A stretch of 64,000 nucleotides of DNA from Escherichia coli (GCF_003334305.1 NZ_QOWS01000004.1), one strand, 5' to 3'; shown: positions 33,945 through 47,262, numbered from the stretch's first letter. Program-made: numbers and translations. Notes: a model not told the origin generated them from the letters alone.

Positions 33945-36179
33945 CTAACTCCCGTGCAACCGACGCGCGTCGATAACATCCGGCACCTGGTTGAGTTTAC
34001 CCAGCACGCGGCCCAGCACCTGCAGGTTGTAAATCTCAATGGTCATGTCGATGGTTGCCAGTTGCTGTTTGGTGTCGCTACGGCTGGCAACACCAAGCAC
34101 GTTCACCTTCTCGTTGGCGAGAATGGTCGTGATATCACGTAACAACCCACTACGATCATTAGCCACCACGCGGACCACCAGCGAATATCCGGCGGAGTAG
34201 CTCTCACCCCATACCGCGTCAACAATGCGTTCTGGCGCATGGGAGCGCAGTTCCGCCAGTTGTTCGCAATCGGCGCGGTGTACTGAAATACCGCGCCCCT
34301 GGGTAATGAAGCCGACAATCTCATCTCCAGGAATCGGCTGGCAGCAGCGCGCGATGTGGTGCATCAGGTTGCCAACACCTTCGACCACCACGCGACCGTT
34401 ATCTTTACTGCGGTTTTGCGGCGTGTAGCTTTTTTGCTGAAGTTGCTTCAGCGCGGCGGCGTCCTGCTCTTCGGCACTCGGCTTATTAAATTGCGATTGC
34501 AGGAAGTTCACCATCTGATTGAGACGGATATCCCCGCCACCAATCGCCGCCAGCAACTCGTCGACATCATTAAAGTTGTAACGCGGCAGCAGATGTTTTT
34601 CTGCTTCTTTCAGGCTGATCCCCAGATGTTCCAGCTCGTCGTCAAGGATTTGCCGCCCAGCCAGAATGTTTTTGTCACGGTCCTGTTTACGGAACCAGGC
34701 GTGAATTTTCGAACGCCCACGGCTGGTTGTGACGTAACCGAGGTTTGGGTTTAACCAGTCACGGCTGGGGTTCGGCTGTTTCTGGGTGATAATTTCAATC
34801 TGGTCGCCCATCTGCAGCTGGTAGGTGAACGGCACAATGCGCCCGCCAATTTTTGCCCCGATGCAGCGGTGTCCGACATCACTGTGGATGTGGTAAGCGA
34901 AGTCCAGCGGCGTTGATCCCGCAGGCAAATCAACGACATCACCTTTCGGCGTAAAGACATACACCCGGTCGTCAAAGACCTGGCTGCGTACTTCGTCGAG
35001 CATTTCGCCGGAATCAGCCATCTCTTCCTGCCACGCAATCAGTTTACGCAGCCAGGCAATCCGGTCTTCATGTCCCGAACGTGCGCCGCCAGCTGCCGCG
35101 CCCTCTTTATATTTCCAGTGCGCAGCAACACCCAACTCTGCATCTTCATGCATCTGTTTGGTGCGGATTTGGATCTCAACGGTTTTGCCACCTGGCCCCA
35201 GAACCACGGTATGAATAGACTGATAACCGTTTGGTTTCGGGTTAGCGACATAATCGTCAAACTCATCCGGCAGGTGGCGATAGTGAGTGTGCACTATCCC
35301 CAGTGCGGCATAACAATCCTGTAAACGCTCGGCGACAATACGTACCGCACGCACATCAAACAGCTCATCGAAGGCGAGGTTCTTTTTCTGCATTTTGCGC
35401 CAGATGCTGTAGATGTGTTTCGGTCGACCATACACTTCAGCTTTAACGCCTTCAGCTTTCATCTCAGCGCGCAGATGGCCGACAAACTCTTCGATATAGT
35501 GTTCGCGGTCGAGACGGCGTTCATGCAGCAGTTTTGCGATGCGTTTGTATTCGGTCGGGTGGAGATAACGGAAGCAGTAATCTTCCAGCTCCCATTTCAG
35601 TTGCCCAATCCCAAGACGGTTCGCCAACGGCGCGTAGATATTGGTGCACTCTTTTGCCGCCAGTACGCGTTCATCTTCCGGCGCATCTTTTACTTCGCGC
35701 AGATGAGCAATACGCTCCGCCAGTTTGATGACCACGCAGCGAAAATCATCGACCATCGCCAATAACATCCGGCGAACGTTATCGACCTGTTCGGAGGAAA
35801 CAGAATCAGTGTGCGTCGCTTTCAGCTGGCGGATCGCCGCCATATCACGCACGCCGTGAATAAGGTTAACAACCGACTTACCGACGCTCTCACGCAGCAC
35901 ATCTTCGCTAACTACGTTGGCATCAGCCAGAGGGAACAGCAGCGCCGCCCGCAGCGTGTCAATGTCCATACTTAATGTCGAGAGGATCTCCACCATCTCA
36001 ACACCACGCCACAATAACAGACTGGCATCCGGATGCCCCTGCGTCTGTTGCAGACAATACGCCCAGGTTTCGGCTAAGCACTCACACGACTTCTGGCTGG
36101 TAATACCCAGACTTGCGATCCATTTTTCCGGATCAAATTCACCAGCCTTATTGATATGTGCACTTCTTACCGCAACCAT
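33945..36179 (-). CDS. relA: GTP pyrophosphokinase ((p)ppGpp synthetase I)
   Basis: 744-aa ORF MVAVRSAHINKAGEFDPEKWIASLGI... Confidence 0.98.
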   Translation of the reverse strand: MVAVRSAHINKAGEFDPEKWIASLGITSQKSCECLAETWAYCLQQTQGHPDASLLLWRGVEMVEILSTLSMDIDTLRAALLFPLADANVVSEDVLRESVGKSVVNLIHGVRDMAAIRQLKATHTDSVSSEQVDNVRRMLLAMVDDFRCVVIKLAERIAHLREVKDAPEDERVLAAKECTNIYAPLANRLGIGQLKWELEDYCFRYLHPTEYKRIAKLLHERRLDREHYIEEFVGHLRAEMKAEGVKAEVYGRPKHIYSIWRKMQKKNLAFDELFDVRAVRIVAERLQDCYAALGIVHTHYRHLPDEFDDYVANPKPNGYQSIHTVVLGPGGKTVEIQIRTKQMHEDAELGVAAHWKYKEGAAAGGARSGHEDRIAWLRKLIAWQEEMADSGEMLDEVRSQVFDDRVYVFTPKGDVVDLPAGSTPLDFAYHIHSDVGHRCIGAKIGGRIVPFTYQLQMGDQIEIITQKQPNPSRDWLNPNLGYVTTSRGRSKIHAWFRKQDRDKNILAGRQILDDELEHLGISLKEAEKHLLPRYNFNDVDELLAAIGGGDIRLNQMVNFLQSQFNKPSAEEQDAAALKQLQQKSYTPQNRSKDNGRVVVEGVGNLMHHIARCCQPIPGDEIVGFITQGRGISVHRADCEQLAELRSHAPERIVDAVWGESYSAGYSLVVRVVANDRSGLLRDITTILANEKVNVLGVASRSDTKQQLATIDMTIEIYNLQVLGRVLGKLNQVPDVIDARRLHGS

Positions 36180-36226
36180 CGTCCTCTCCTTTAGGGACCA
36201 GACCTGCCGAAATCGGCAAATCGTAA

Positions 36227-37528
36227 CTATTTAACGCGCGAGAAAAGTACCATCGATTCCAGATGTCCCGTGTGTGGGAACATATCCAGCATCGCCAGTC
36301 GCGCAATGGTATATCCTGCTTTTAATAACGCTTCGCTATCCCGAGCCAGCGTTGCAGGATTACAGGATACATAAACTATACGAATAGGTTCCAGTTTTAT
36401 AATTTGCTGTATAACACCTGCGGCACCTGCTCGCGCGGGGTCCAGCAACACTTTATCGAAGCCGTTTTTCGCCCACGGCTGCTTTGTGACATCTTCTTCA
36501 AGATTTTCATGATAAAACGTCACATTCTGTAAACCATTAAGACGCGCATTCTGCTGGCCTTTTTCCACCAGCGCCGGAACACCTTCTACACCCACCACAC
36601 TGGCAGCTTGTGTCGCCAATGGCAGTGTAAAGTTGCCCATACCGCAGAACAGATCCAGTACGCGATCTTCAGGTTGCACATCCAGCCATTCCAACGCACG
36701 CGCTACCATTTTTTGGTTCACACCCGCATTGACCTGAATAAAATCGCGCGGGCTAAAAGTTAAGCGCAACCCGTTTGAGTCATACCAGGGCATCTCACCA
36801 GAGACGGTTTCGAGTATCTCACTATCGGGGGCGAGATACAGATCCAGGCCTTCAGAATGCGAAAAGCGTTCCAGTTTTTCGCGATCAGCCGAACTTAGCG
36901 GTGCGGTATGGCGCAAAATCATCAGCGTGCCGCTGGTTGCCTGTACCAGTTCAACATGACCAAGATGGCGTATAGCTTGTAAGCTGCCCAGGCATGCCCT
37001 GACTTTGGGCAGCAATGCTTCAAGTTGGGGCACTAAAATGGGGCATTGTTTAACGTCGACAATGTCACTGGAGCCCGCTTTGCGAAAGCCCATCTGAAGT
37101 TGCTGTGTTTTCGGTAAGTAGTTCAAACTTAAACGCGCGCGACGGCGATAGCCCCAGGGAACATCGGCGATCACTTCAGAGACTTCGTGTTTCATTAATC
37201 GGGCGAGTGCCGCACTTTTGCTTCGCTGCTGTAAATCCACGCTGGCGTGTTGTTGCTGACAGCCGCCGCATACGCCAAAATGAGGACAGCGTGGCGTTTC
37301 GCGTTCCGGGCTATCGCTTAACCGGCGCACGACTTTAGCGCGGGCGTACTGTTTTTTATCTTCAGTAACAGTAACTTCCGCGTTTTCCTGTGGCAGTAAT
37401 CCAGGAATAAATAACGCTTTGCCGTTATGTCGCGCCACGCCCTGACCAAAAGAGTCGAGGTCGTTGACTGAAACGGTTATGATCTGACGCGTCGTCGTGC
37501 GTCGTTTTGCAGAGTAGAATTGCGCCAT
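36227..37528 (-). CDS. rlmD: 23S rRNA (uracil1939-C5)-methyltransferase
   Basis: 433-aa ORF with TRAM domain and 4-Cys cluster ([13 protein letters not shown]) plus SAM-MTase C-terminus. Confidence 0.93.
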   Translation of the reverse strand: MAQFYSAKRRTTTRQIITVSVNDLDSFGQGVARHNGKALFIPGLLPQENAEVTVTEDKKQYARAKVVRRLSDSPERETPRCPHFGVCGGCQQQHASVDLQQRSKSAALARLMKHEVSEVIADVPWGYRRRARLSLNYLPKTQQLQMGFRKAGSSDIVDVKQCPILVPQLEALLPKVRACLGSLQAIRHLGHVELVQATSGTLMILRHTAPLSSADREKLERFSHSEGLDLYLAPDSEILETVSGEMPWYDSNGLRLTFSPRDFIQVNAGVNQKMVARALEWLDVQPEDRVLDLFCGMGNFTLPLATQAASVVGVEGVPALVEKGQQNARLNGLQNVTFYHENLEEDVTKQPWAKNGFDKVLLDPARAGAAGVIQQIIKLEPIRIVYVSCNPATLARDSEALLKAGYTIARLAMLDMFPHTGHLESMVLFSRVK

Positions 37529-37584
37529 TGGCGAGACTTTCTCAATTTAACAGTGTGACCTTAATTGTCCCATAACGGAACTCC

Positions 37585-40341
37585 ATGACCAACTACAGCC
37601 TGCGCGCACGCATGATGATTCTGATCCTGGCACCGACCGTCCTTATTGGTTTATTGCTGAGTATCTTTTTCGTCGTGCATCGCTATAACGACTTGCAGCG
37701 TCAACTGGAAGATGCCGGTGCCAGCATTATTGAGCCGCTTGCAGTTTCTACTGAATATGGCATGAGCCTGCAAAATCGCGAATCTATCGGTCAGTTAATA
37801 AGCGTACTGCATCGTCGCCATTCCGATATTGTTCGCGCGATTTCGGTTTATGATGAAAATAACCGACTCTTTGTCACCTCCAATTTTCATCTTGATCCCT
37901 CATCAATGCAGCTCGGCAGCAACGTGCCGTTTCCTCGCCAGCTCACTGTCACTCGTGACGGCGATATTATGATCCTCCGCACGCCGATTATTTCTGAGAG
38001 TTACTCCCCCGACGAATCGCCCAGTAGCGATGCCAAAAATAGTCAAAATATGTTGGGATATATTGCGCTTGAGCTGGATCTTAAATCGGTTCGCTTGCAG
38101 CAATATAAAGAGATCTTTATTTCCAGCGTGATGATGCTGTTTTGTATCGGTATTGCGCTTATTTTTGGCTGGCGCTTAATGCGCGATGTAACCGGTCCGA
38201 TTCGCAACATGGTGAATACCGTCGACCGCATCCGTCGCGGGCAACTCGACAGCCGGGTGGAAGGATTTATGCTCGGCGAGCTGGATATGCTGAAAAACGG
38301 TATCAACTCGATGGCAATGTCGCTGGCTGCTTATCACGAAGAGATGCAGCACAATATCGACCAGGCGACGTCCGATCTGCGTGAAACGCTGGAGCAGATG
38401 GAAATTCAGAACGTTGAGTTAGATCTGGCGAAAAAGCGCGCCCAGGAAGCGGCGCGTATTAAATCCGAGTTTCTGGCAAATATGTCACACGAGCTGCGTA
38501 CACCACTGAATGGTGTTATTGGCTTTACCCGCCTGACGCTGAAAACAGAATTAACACCAACGCAGCGCGATCACCTGAATACGATTGAACGTTCGGCAAA
38601 TAATTTGCTGGCAATTATTAATGATGTTCTCGACTTCTCGAAACTGGAAGCAGGTAAGCTGATTCTGGAAAGTATTCCATTCCCACTACGCAGCACGCTG
38701 GATGAAGTCGTTACTCTGCTGGCACATTCTTCTCACGATAAAGGGTTGGAACTGACGCTCAATATTAAAAGCGACGTGCCTGATAACGTGATCGGCGACC
38801 CACTGCGATTACAGCAAATCATCACTAACCTGGTGGGGAATGCAATTAAATTCACCGAGAATGGCAACATTGATATTCTGGTAGAAAAACGTGCGCTGAG
38901 TAATACCAAAGTGCAGATTGAAGTGCAGATTCGGGATACCGGCATTGGTATTCCTGAACGCGATCAATCGCGCTTATTCCAGGCCTTCCGACAGGCTGAT
39001 GCCAGTATTTCCCGCCGTCATGGTGGCACCGGTCTGGGGCTGGTGATTACACAAAAACTGGTTAATGAAATGGGCGGCGATATTTCGTTCCATAGCCAGC
39101 CGAATCGCGGTTCAACTTTCTGGTTCCACATTAATCTCGATCTGAACCCGAACATTATTATCGAAGGGCCATCCACCCAGTGCCTCGCCGGTAAGCGCCT
39201 GGCCTATGTCGAACCAAACTCCGCAGCAGCGCAATGCACGCTGGATATTTTAAGTGAAACGCCGCTGGAAGTGGTTTATAGCCCAACGTTCTCCGCGCTG
39301 CCTCCCGCGCATTACGACATGATGTTGTTAGGCATCGCGGTGACCTTCCGCGAGCCGCTAACAATGCAACATGAGCGATTAGCGAAAGCGGTATCGATGA
39401 CCGATTTCCTGATGCTGGCACTTCCTTGCCATGCACAAGTCAATGCAGAAAAACTCAAGCAAGATGGTATCGGCGCGTGTCTGCTGAAACCATTAACACC
39501 TACGCGCCTGTTGCCTGCCCTGACGGAATTTTGTCATCACAAACAAAACACGCTTTTGCCTGTAACCGATGAAAGCAAGCTGGCAATGACAGTCATGGCA
39601 GTTGATGACAACCCCGCTAACCTGAAACTTATCGGCGCATTGCTGGAAGATATGGTGCAACATGTGGAACTTTGCGATAGCGGGCATCAGGCGGTTGAAC
39701 GGGCGAAACAGATGCCGTTCGATTTGATCTTAATGGATATTCAAATGCCTGACATGGATGGCATTCGGGCCTGCGAGCTCATCCACCAGCTCCCCCATCA
39801 GCAACAAACGCCGGTTATCGCGGTAACGGCGCATGCAATGGCCGGGCAAAAAGAGAAGCTGCTTGGCGCAGGGATGAGCGATTATCTGGCGAAACCGATT
39901 GAAGAAGAGCGATTGCATAATTTGTTGTTGCGCTACAAGCCTGGCAGCGGTATTTCCTCTCGCGTCGTGACGCCCGAAGTCAACGAAATTGTGGTGAACC
40001 CGAATGCGACCCTCGACTGGCAACTGGCACTACGCCAGGCAGCAGGAAAAACCGATTTAGCGCGCGATATGCTGCAAATGTTACTCGATTTCCTGCCTGA
40101 AGTTCGCAACAAAGTTGAGGAACAGCTGGTTGGAGAAAACCCGGAAGGCCTGGTTGATTTGATTCATAAACTGCATGGCAGTTGCGGCTATAGCGGTGTG
40201 CCGCGTATGAAGAATCTCTGCCAACTGATCGAACAACAGCTACGTAGCGGTACTAAAGAAGAAGATTTGGAGCCGGAGCTGCTGGAACTGTTGGACGAGA
40301 TGGATAATGTAGCGCGCGAAGCCAGCAAAATTCTCGGGTAA
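37585..40341 (+). CDS. barA: Hybrid sensor histidine kinase BarA
   Basis: 918-aa ORF; HAMP, HisKA (SHELRTPLN), HATPase, receiver and HPt domains. Confidence 0.97.
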
Positions 40342-40403
40342 CGGACGTCTTGTCGAGTAGCAATCGGCTTTTTATGACGCTGGTTTCAGATTGGTGACAA
40401 AGT

Positions 40404-40455
40404 GCCTGTGTTTATGCCGGATGCGGCGTTAACGCCTTATCCGGCCTACAAAACC
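40404..40455. repeat. REP element downstream of barA
   Basis: GCCTGTGTTTATGCCGGATGCGGCGTTAACGCCTTATCCGGCCTACAAAACC. Confidence 0.8.
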
Positions 40456-40536
40456 AATTAAATTCAATGAATTAAAAAATGATGTAGACCTGATACATAG
40501 CACAACAGGCTATTTTGCGTTTAGCATCAGTCTCAA

Positions 40537-40567
40537 GCCGGCTCCAGATAGAGCCGGTTTTGGTTTT
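40537..40567 (+). terminator. Intrinsic terminator (plus-strand orientation), barA/gudD convergent gap
   Basis: GCCGGCTC-CAGATA-GAGCCGG followed by TTTTGGTTTT. Confidence 0.55.
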
Positions 40568-40572
40568 CTGTC

Positions 40573-41913
40573 TTAACGCACCATGCACGGGCGCTTGTTA
40601 TCGAACGTCCAGCCAGGAATCAGATACTGCATTCCCATCGCATCGTCACGCGCGCCAAGCCCGTGTTTCTGATACAGCTCATGGGCTTTCATCACTTGAT
40701 CCATATCGATTTCTACACCCAGCCCCGGTTTTTCCGGCACCTGAACCAGACCGCCTTTGATCTCAAACGGTTCTTTGGTCAGGCGCTGATTACCTTCCTG
40801 CCAGATCCAGTGCGTATCAATAGCAGTAATTTTACCCGGTGCAGCGGCGGCAACATGGGTAAACATCGCCAGGGAAATATCGAAGTGGTTGTTTGAGTGT
40901 GAACCCCAGGTCAGGCCAAATTCATGGCACATTTGCGCCACACGTACCGAACCTTGCATCGTCCAGAAATGCGGATCCGCCAGCGGGATATCAACGGATT
41001 GCAGGGAGAGCGTATGGCCCATCTGCCGCCAGTCGGTGGCGATCATATTGGTTGCGGTCGGCAGGCCAGTTGCGCGACGGAACTCTGCCATCACTTCACG
41101 CCCGGAGAAACCTTGCTCCGCACCACACGGATCTTCTGCATAAGCCAGCGACCCTTTCAGGTATTTACCAATTTTAATCGCTTCGTTCAGCGACCAGGCA
41201 CCGTTAGGATCGAGCGTAATACGCGCCTGCGGGAAGCGTTGCGCCAGTGCCACAATAGACTCGGCCTCTTCTTCCCCGGCCAGTACACCGCCTTTCAGTT
41301 TGAAATCGTTGAAGCCATATTTTTCATACGCCGCTTCCGCCAGGCGCACCACCGCATCCGGCGTCATCGCTTCTTCATGACGCAGGCGATACCAGTCGCA
41401 TGAGTCATCCGACTGGCTTTGATACGGCAGCGGTGTGGCTTTGCGATCACCGACGAAGAACAGATAACCGAGCATTTCGACTTCGCTACGCTGTTGACCA
41501 TCGCCCAGCAGGGATGCCACGTTTACCCCCAGATGCTGCCCCAGCAGATCCAGCATTGCCGCTTCTATCCCGGTAACTACATGAATAGTGGTACGCAAAT
41601 CAAATGTCTGCAAACCGCGCCCACCAGCATCACGATCGGCAAAAGTATTACGCACCAGCGTCAGAACGTTTTTGTATTCACCCAGCGTTTTACCTACCAC
41701 CAGCGGAATCGCATCTTCCAGCGTTTTACGGATTTTCTCGCCGCCGGGAATTTCCCCTACGCCAGTGTGACCAGAATTATCTTTGATAATCACAATATTA
41801 CGCGTAAAGAACGGTGCGTGTGCACCACTCAGATTCATCAGCATACTGTCATGACCCGCCACCGGGATGACCTGCATTTCAGTAACAACAGGCGTCGTAA
41901 ATTGAGAACTCAT
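40573..41913 (-). CDS. gudD: Glucarate dehydratase
   Basis: 446 aa from [32 protein letters not shown]...; enolase superfamily. Confidence 0.93.
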   Translation of the reverse strand: MSSQFTTPVVTEMQVIPVAGHDSMLMNLSGAHAPFFTRNIVIIKDNSGHTGVGEIPGGEKIRKTLEDAIPLVVGKTLGEYKNVLTLVRNTFADRDAGGRGLQTFDLRTTIHVVTGIEAAMLDLLGQHLGVNVASLLGDGQQRSEVEMLGYLFFVGDRKATPLPYQSQSDDSCDWYRLRHEEAMTPDAVVRLAEAAYEKYGFNDFKLKGGVLAGEEEAESIVALAQRFPQARITLDPNGAWSLNEAIKIGKYLKGSLAYAEDPCGAEQGFSGREVMAEFRRATGLPTATNMIATDWRQMGHTLSLQSVDIPLADPHFWTMQGSVRVAQMCHEFGLTWGSHSNNHFDISLAMFTHVAAAAPGKITAIDTHWIWQEGNQRLTKEPFEIKGGLVQVPEKPGLGVEIDMDQVMKAHELYQKHGLGARDDAMGMQYLIPGWTFDNKRPCMVR

Positions 41914-41933
41914 ATTTATGTCCTTTTTCAGAA

Positions 41934-43274
41934 TCAATGACGGCCGAAAACGGGACGTTTACGGTCAAAGGTCCAGCCGGGGATCAGGTACTGCATCGGA
42001 CCTGCGTCGTTACGCGCACCGACAGGCAGACGTTTATAGGCCTCATGTGCCTTTTGTACCTGTTCCCAGTCCAGTTCCACGCCCAGACCGGGCGCATCAG
42101 GAACGGCAATTTTTCCGTTTTTAATCTCCAGCGGATTTTTGGTCAGGCGACAATCGCCCTCCTGCCAAATCCAGTGGGTATCGATAGCGGTAGGATTACC
42201 CGGTGCCGCCGCGCCCACATGGGTAAACATCGCCAGAGAGATATCGAAATGGTTATTAGAATGGCAGCCCCAGGTCAGCCCCCAGTCGTCGCAAAGCTGC
42301 GCCACACGGACTGCACCGGAAAGCGTCCAGAAGTGCGGATCGGCAAGTGGAATATCTACCGCATTGAGCATCACCGCATGACCCATTTCGCGCCAGTTGG
42401 TGGCGATCATGTTAGTCGCGACGGGCAAGCCGGTCGCCCGCCGAAACTCCGCCATCACTTCACGACCGGAGAAACCCTGTTCTGCGCCGCATGGATCTTC
42501 GGCATAGGTAAGAACATCATTCAGCCCTTTGCATAGAGAAATGGCTTCATCAAGTAGCCAGGCACCGTTGGGATCAACGGTAATCCGCGCATCAGGGAAG
42601 CGTTTCTTCAATGCCCGAACAGTGTCGATTTCTTGCTCGCCAGGTAACACCCCGCCCTTAAGTTTGAAATCTTTAAAGCCATAGCGATCCTGTGAGGCTT
42701 CCGCCAGACGCACAACGGCTTCGCTGTTCATCGCTTTCTGATGGCGCAACTGATACCACTCATGGTTGCCCGGCGTATTTTCCAGATAAGGAAGATCGGT
42801 TTTGGTCCGATCACCGATATAAAACAGATAACCGAGGACGGTAATAGTCTCGCGTTGCTTGCCTGGCCCCAACAGTTCGCAGACCGGAACATTCAGCGCC
42901 TTACCTAGCAGGTCAAGCAAGGCGGCTTCCAGCGCCGCCACGGCATTAACGCGCAATTCAAAAGTCCAGGCACCTTTGCCGAAGGTATCAAAATCGGCTG
43001 CCTGATTACCTTTATGCACCTGCTGAACCACTTTATTCAGGCGCGCAACTTCCTGGCCCAGAACCATCGGAATAGCATCGACCAGTGTTTGATAAATCAC
43101 CTCTCCGCCCGGCGCTTCACCAATGCCGGTATGCCCGGCGTTATCGGTGAGTACCACAATATTGCGGGTGAAATATGCGTTATGTGCCCCACCAATATTA
43201 AGCAACATGCTATCGTGCCCGGCGACCGGAATGACTTTCATATCAGTAATAACAGGACTGGATTGTGTCGTCAT
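41934..43274 (-). CDS. gudX: Glucarate dehydratase-related protein
   Basis: 446-aa paralog of gudD directly upstream ([31 protein letters not shown]...). Confidence 0.93.
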   Translation of the reverse strand: MTTQSSPVITDMKVIPVAGHDSMLLNIGGAHNAYFTRNIVVLTDNAGHTGIGEAPGGEVIYQTLVDAIPMVLGQEVARLNKVVQQVHKGNQAADFDTFGKGAWTFELRVNAVAALEAALLDLLGKALNVPVCELLGPGKQRETITVLGYLFYIGDRTKTDLPYLENTPGNHEWYQLRHQKAMNSEAVVRLAEASQDRYGFKDFKLKGGVLPGEQEIDTVRALKKRFPDARITVDPNGAWLLDEAISLCKGLNDVLTYAEDPCGAEQGFSGREVMAEFRRATGLPVATNMIATNWREMGHAVMLNAVDIPLADPHFWTLSGAVRVAQLCDDWGLTWGCHSNNHFDISLAMFTHVGAAAPGNPTAIDTHWIWQEGDCRLTKNPLEIKNGKIAVPDAPGLGVELDWEQVQKAHEAYKRLPVGARNDAGPMQYLIPGWTFDRKRPVFGRH

Positions 43275-43275
43275 C

Positions 43276-44628
43276 TTATTGCCCCGCGACAGGTTTCAGC
43301 TCGATACGCTTGATATCGCCCACCAGCACCAGGTAGCTCAGTACCGCGATTAAGGCATGAACACCAACATAAATCAGCGCCCCATTAAAGGAGCCAGTCG
43401 TGCCAACGATATAACCAATTGCGATTGGCGTGACGATGCCAGAAATGTTACCGAACATGTTGAACAGGCCACCGGAAAGACCGCTGATCTCTTTTGGCGC
43501 GGTATCTGCCATTACTGCCCAACCCAGCGCCCCGATGCCCTTACCGAAGAAGGCCAGCGCCATAAAGCCGATGATCATCCACTCAACGTTGACGTAGTTG
43601 CAGAACACCATCACCATCGACAGCAACATGCCCATTACGATCGGTGTTTTACGCGCAATGTTCAGCGATCCCGTGCGGCGCATCAGCCAGTCGGAAATAA
43701 TCCCACCCAGCACACCGCCGATAAAACCGCAAACCGCCGGAACGGAAGCCACAAAGCCCGCTTTCAGAATCGACATCCCACGCGCCTGCACCAGATAAAC
43801 CGGAAACCAGGTAATGAAAAAGTAAGTCAGGGCGTTGATACAGTACTGACCGATATAAACGCCGATCATCATCCGTGACCCGAGCAGTTGTTTGATCTGC
43901 CCCCACTTCACGCTGAACGGCACTTTAACTTTGGTGTTTTGCTGATCCATATTGATCAGCGCGCCACCCGCGGCGATGTACTCCAGCTCTTTCTGATTTA
44001 CCCCCGGATGTTGATTTGGCTCGTGGATGACTTTCAACCAGATAAAGCTGATGACAATCCCCAGACCGCCCATAAAGAAGAAGACGTGTGACCAGCCCAC
44101 TTCATGCGTCAGCCAGCCCATAATCGGCGCGAAGATCACCGTTGCGAAGTATTGAGCGGAGTTAAAAATCGACACCGCCGTTCCCCTTTCCTGCGCCGGA
44201 AACCAGGCCGCAACAATGCGACTGTTGCCGGGGAAAGATGGCGCTTCAGCAAGCCCGACCAGGAAGCGCAGAGTAAACAGGGCAACGATAATGCCGAATC
44301 CACTAAAGATATCGACGAAGCCTTGCAGCAAGGTAAACATCGACCAGATAAAGATCGACCAGAAGTAGACGCGTTTTGAACCAAAACGATCCAGCAACCA
44401 ACCACCAGGGATCTGCCCGATAACATAAGCCCATGAGAAGGCAGAGAACACATAGCCCATTCCCACGGGATCAAGGCCGATATCTTTGGCCATTTCCGAA
44501 CCGGCAATAGAAAGCGTAGCGCGGTCGCCGTAGTTGAAGGATGTGACGATAAACAACATCACCACTATCCAGTAACGAGCATTCGTGCGTTTTTCCACAC
44601 TGCTCGCAGCCTGACTTAAAGAACTCAT
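43276..44628 (-). CDS. gudP: MFS glucarate/galactarate transporter
   Basis: 450-aa multi-pass ORF heading the gudPXD operon. Confidence 0.93.
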   Translation of the reverse strand: MSSLSQAASSVEKRTNARYWIVVMLFIVTSFNYGDRATLSIAGSEMAKDIGLDPVGMGYVFSAFSWAYVIGQIPGGWLLDRFGSKRVYFWSIFIWSMFTLLQGFVDIFSGFGIIVALFTLRFLVGLAEAPSFPGNSRIVAAWFPAQERGTAVSIFNSAQYFATVIFAPIMGWLTHEVGWSHVFFFMGGLGIVISFIWLKVIHEPNQHPGVNQKELEYIAAGGALINMDQQNTKVKVPFSVKWGQIKQLLGSRMMIGVYIGQYCINALTYFFITWFPVYLVQARGMSILKAGFVASVPAVCGFIGGVLGGIISDWLMRRTGSLNIARKTPIVMGMLLSMVMVFCNYVNVEWMIIGFMALAFFGKGIGALGWAVMADTAPKEISGLSGGLFNMFGNISGIVTPIAIGYIVGTTGSFNGALIYVGVHALIAVLSYLVLVGDIKRIELKPVAGQ

Positions 44629-45062
44629 TGTTGCACTCCTGAAAATTCGCGTTAGCCACGCTCACTCTGGACTGCGACATAGCCAGGAAATCAGAGGTGA
44701 CGTAGGGTGTTTTTTGCCGTTTTTATAGGTCGTTCGCCGAATACGGCGCGTGTTTATATCTGGCAATAGCAGTATAAAAAGCGCGCCATAGCGGCTCACC
44801 GTGCAACAACACAACATTAATGCGTTCAATGAGGCCCGATTTTGGCATTAGCCCTGGACGGTGGAATCCACTTCACGGAAATGAAAACAAGAACAAGAAA
44901 GGAAGGGTTAAAACGAAGAAATAAAGAAGAGTATGAAATGGATCGCTTGACTCCAGGCAAACGCCAGTAAAAATCCGCGCTATGAAGCAGTTTTTACTGG
45001 CATTTGCCTGAAAATATTCGATTCAGCACCGCTAAAACGACATTTACCGCTCGCTGAACATA

Positions 45063-45512
45063 TCAGGACAACAGCGTGCCCCACTGTTCGACCCACGGAT
45101 TTGATTCCGTTTCCGGTTCCGGGTTCTCACTGGCGTCAATCAACAGCATTTCGCCAACCCGCTGAGCGCTCTGTTCCTGCAACAAGGCATCGAACTGTTT
45201 GCCGCCATTGCAGAAATTTACATAACTGCTGTCACCGAGCGCAATCACGCCATAACGCAGATTCGGCTGGAAGCCCAGACTATCTTTGATTCCCTGAAAG
45301 AGCGGCACAATGCTATCAGGAAGGTCGCCCTGCCCGGTCGTGGACGTAACCACCAGAACATACTTATCCTGATAGGGCAGCCAGTCGCTTAATTCAGGAT
45401 CTTCAAATACCGTTGCTTTGTGGCCCTGTGCGGTCAGAATTGCTTCTGCTTCTTCCGCCACTAACAGCGAATTTCCGTACATGGTGCCGACAAAAATACC
45501 AATTTCCGCCAT
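45063..45512 (-). CDS. yqcA: Flavodoxin-like protein
   Basis: 149-aa [29 protein letters not shown]... Confidence 0.88.
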
Positions 45513-45529
45513 ACCGTTTTCTCCCTGGA

Positions 45530-46312
45530 TTAGGAACTTATCTCTCCATCCTGACCCGATGGCGCACTGAACTCAACCCTTTCATTTTCAGGAAGCAGAC
45601 CGCGCCAGCCAAATTGTGATAACGCCTGCATCCAGGTGTCGTCCAGGCCCGCGTGAATAGTCAGCGGCTCGCCAGTAAAAGGATGCGTCAATGACAACTG
45701 ACTGGCATGTAGCATTAACCGCTGGAGGCCAAAATGCTCAGCACCGCTGCGATTCTGGCGTAAATCGCCATGTTTGCTATCGCCAATAATCGGATGACGC
45801 AAATGGGCAAGATGTCGGCGAAGCTGATGTTTGCGTCCGGTTTTCGGCTCCAGTTCCACCAGGCCGTAGCGCGTGGTCGGGTAACGTCCGGTCGCTACCG
45901 GCATTTCTACGGTCGCCAGACCGCGATAATGCGTCACTGCTGGCTGCGAGCCTTTATCTTCGCGGGCAAATTTATCAGCGATTTTGTCCAGTTCTTCCAC
46001 CAGTGGATAATCCAGAACTGCTTCTTCCATCAACCAGCCGCGCACAATCGCATGGTAACGTTTCTGGATTTGGTGCTGTTCAAACTGTTGTGCCAGCAGC
46101 CGTCCGGCCTCGCTGGATAATCCCATCAACAACACACCAGAAGTGGGTCGGTCCAGACGATGAGCGGTAAAAACGTGCTGGCCAATCTGATCACGCACGG
46201 TTTGCATGACCACTACTTTCTCGTCGCGATCCAGCCAGCTGCGGTGAACCAGCCAGCCGGAGGGTTTATTTACCGCAACCAGCCATTCATCCTGATAGAG
46301 TATTTCCAGCAT
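45530..46312 (-). CDS. truC: tRNA pseudouridine(65) synthase
   Basis: 260-aa [28 protein letters not shown]... with RluA-family HRLDRPTSG motif. Confidence 0.93.
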
Positions 46313-46641
46313 TAGCTCGCATCATCCGCAAAAAGAGCATCCAGTTTTTCCAGCTCAGCCAGAATAAGCGCGCGTTGCGGATGGTCCGTCGCCAGCGCCA
46401 TTTCATAATAGGGTGCAACGGCAAAAGCGCCCGGTAACGGCTGTTTGTTATCTAACAAATCGTGCATTCGCGGGATCAGCACCCACTGCAACCACTCCAG
46501 TGGTTCCATGGTGTCCATAAAGAACGGTTGGGTACTATTAAATTGATGCGGCTGGGGTTCATCGTTTCGCCAGTGCTGATGTTCACGCAGTAACGCTTCA
46601 AGCGCCTGCAACTGGAGACGAACGCGGTCATGAGTGGTCAT
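46312..46641 (-). CDS. yqcC: DUF446-type small protein
   Basis: 109-aa ORF; overlaps the truC start. Confidence 0.85.
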   Translation of the reverse strand: MTTHDRVRLQLQALEALLREHQHWRNDEPQPHQFNSTQPFFMDTMEPLEWLQWVLIPRMHDLLDNKQPLPGAFAVAPYYEMALATDHPQRALILAELEKLDALFADDAS

Positions 46642-46685
46642 AAAGCAACCTCAATAAGAAAAACTGCCGCGAAGGATAGCAGGAA

Positions 46686-47052
46686 TAAAAAAAGGGAGCA
46701 CTGTATTCACAGCGCTCCCGGTTCGTTTCGCAGCATTCCAGCTACTTTTGTTGCTCCCTGCTCATCCTTGACAACTTTTCCTCTGGCCTTGCGGCCAATC
46801 GTTCATCCTGAACTATTGCTTCCTGCTCACACCACCCCGATGTGATACTTCATCCTGAAGTGTCCCTGGCCTTCCTGACCCACCGAATCATCCTGACCGG
46901 TTCTCATTCTCCATCCTGGAGGTGTCCTTTAACGCGTCCTGCGTCATCCTCTTCGCTTCATCCAGAAGCCTTTCCCTGAAACACCATCCTGGTGTGTCCT
47001 GCAGAAGTGTCATCATCCTGATGTTCACTTCGTTGTCTGACTCCCTGTCGAC
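46686..47052 (-). ncRNA. csrB: CsrB small RNA (CsrA-sequestering)
   Basis: Minus strand begins GTCGACAGGGAGTCAGACAACGAAG and carries many CAGGAUG/AGGAUG GGA motifs (plus-strand catcctg repeats); ends with hairpin GGGAGCGCTGTGAATACAGTGCTCCC + U8 at 46686-46725. Confidence 0.95.
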
Positions 47053-47225
47053 GAAGATAGAATCGTCTTTTTCGCGAAGTCTTACAAGGCGCTTACAGAC
47101 AATGCCTTAAGGAAAATTTCATATGAAAGTTAAGAATTAACAATCAACATTTTGATTTTAAATGAAAATAACGATTCTTATCTTTTTAAGTATTCGCTTA
47201 TTTCCTGGCGATCTCCTACAGAGTC

Positions 47226-47243
47226 TGTAAGAGATCTCTCACA
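47226..47243. promoter_or_regulatory. UvrY (SirA) binding box upstream of csrB
   Basis: Reverse complement reads TGTGAGAGATCTCTTACA, an 18-bp near-palindrome about 175 bp upstream of the csrB 5' end. Confidence 0.75.
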
Positions 47244-47262
47244 ACCAGATGGGGTATTTGGA

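Noticed and set aside
44629-45062. Possible small gene or sRNA in the gudP-yqcA intergenic region
   Set aside because: Only a 5-codon ORF and no convincing promoter-terminator pair; treated as the gudP promoter region.
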